Assembly: GCA_963785845.1 (NCBI GenBank)
Contig: CAWAWP010000003.1
Coordinates: 29,324-93,323, forward strand
Direction of reading: 5' to 3'
Source: an uncultured Chloroflexia bacterium
Lineage (GTDB): Bacteria > Chloroflexota > Ktedonobacteria > Ktedonobacterales > JADMIN01
DNA length: 64,000 bases
Of the stretch, positions 63,852 to 64,000 are shown piece after piece. The notes under the pieces are model-generated. The model was not told the DNA's origin. It did not search any database and saw only the letters and a list, made by a program, of their open reading frames with translations. Position 1 is the first letter of the stretch. The number at the start of each line of letters is the position of its first letter. A program made the position numbers and the translations under genes.

Positions 63852-64000
63852 ACCGACAGCTCCTGCGTAACGGCGGGAACCGGCAAAGGTGCCAGGTCCG
63901 ACGGCCAGGGTTCTACCGCCCGCCACGAGCCGTCCGCGCCGACGAGCAGACCCGCGAGCCGATGCGAACGCAGGAACGCCGCACCGCGCTCCGTGCCAAG
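63848..64000 (-). CDS. 3' end of an upstream gene entering from the right edge (possibly ApbE-type FAD:protein FMN transferase)
   Basis: Not in the ORF track. My translation is 'LGTERGAAFLRSHRLAGLLVGADGSWRAVEPWPSDLAPLPVPAVTQELSV*', with TGA overlapping ATG 63851. The family guess rests only on the C-terminal pattern and the usual neighbourhood. Confidence 0.4.
   Translation of the reverse strand, partial: LGTERGAAFLRSHRLAGLLVGADGSWRAVEPWPSDLAPLPVPAVTQELSV

Noticed and set aside
1-64000. tRNA genes, CRISPR arrays, IS elements/transposases, integrases, prophage genes
   Set aside because: A scan by eye for GGTTCGAATCC-like T-arms, regularly spaced direct repeats, DDE/tyrosine-recombinase motifs and terminal inverted repeats found nothing. 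A computational tRNAscan/CRISPR/ISfinder pass would be needed to be certain.

Overview
GC-rich, densely coding bacterial chromosomal window with about 58 protein genes on both strands. By eye I found no rRNA, tRNA, CRISPR array, transposase or integrase. The ORF track is flooded with long Arg/Ala/Pro-rich antisense ORFs, as expected for GC-rich DNA. I accepted only ORFs with recognisable family motifs, clear membrane-protein character, or a good RBS or translational coupling. Many starts were trimmed to an internal ATG/GTG/TTG preceded by a GGAGG-like RBS.

Gene order: a kumamolisin-like sedolisin running off the left edge (missed by the ORF track); a tandem GNAT; a 5-gene Opp/Dpp-type peptide ABC operon; uvrA; a DUF1801 gene; a frameshifted WYL regulator; a J-domain/zincin fusion operon; birA; an IMPase-like gene; an acyl-CoA dehydrogenase coupled to a kinase. 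Next comes an accessory-looking stretch (24-31 kb): a solitary TIR-transmembrane protein, a cupin, and a sigma-like/HTH/nucleotidyltransferase/kinase operon facing a GNAT. After that: two paralogous polytopic membrane proteins flanking a DyP peroxidase; rho; MFS; MarR; methyltransferase; esterase; YceI; a beta-propeller lipoprotein; mscL; an otsB-like/HD-hydrolase operon; a GH31 glucosidase; an LLM oxidoreductase; an HNH-like orphan; a membrane protein coupled to an acyltransferase-3; an SDR-VOC fusion coupled to a queA-like gene; an FHA-ABC exporter; a phosphoesterase; and a ferric-reductase-like gene.

Most interesting leads:
- The TIR-TM singleton.
- A promoter-to-terminator structured RNA or micro-ORF unit just upstream of birA.
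- The regulator/ANT-like/APH-like/GNAT cluster.
- A 24-nt purine-rich motif present twice.
- Three +1 frameshifts, all at homopolymers.

Taxon is not determinable from here. Gene content would fit Chloroflexota or Actinomycetota, but that is inference only.
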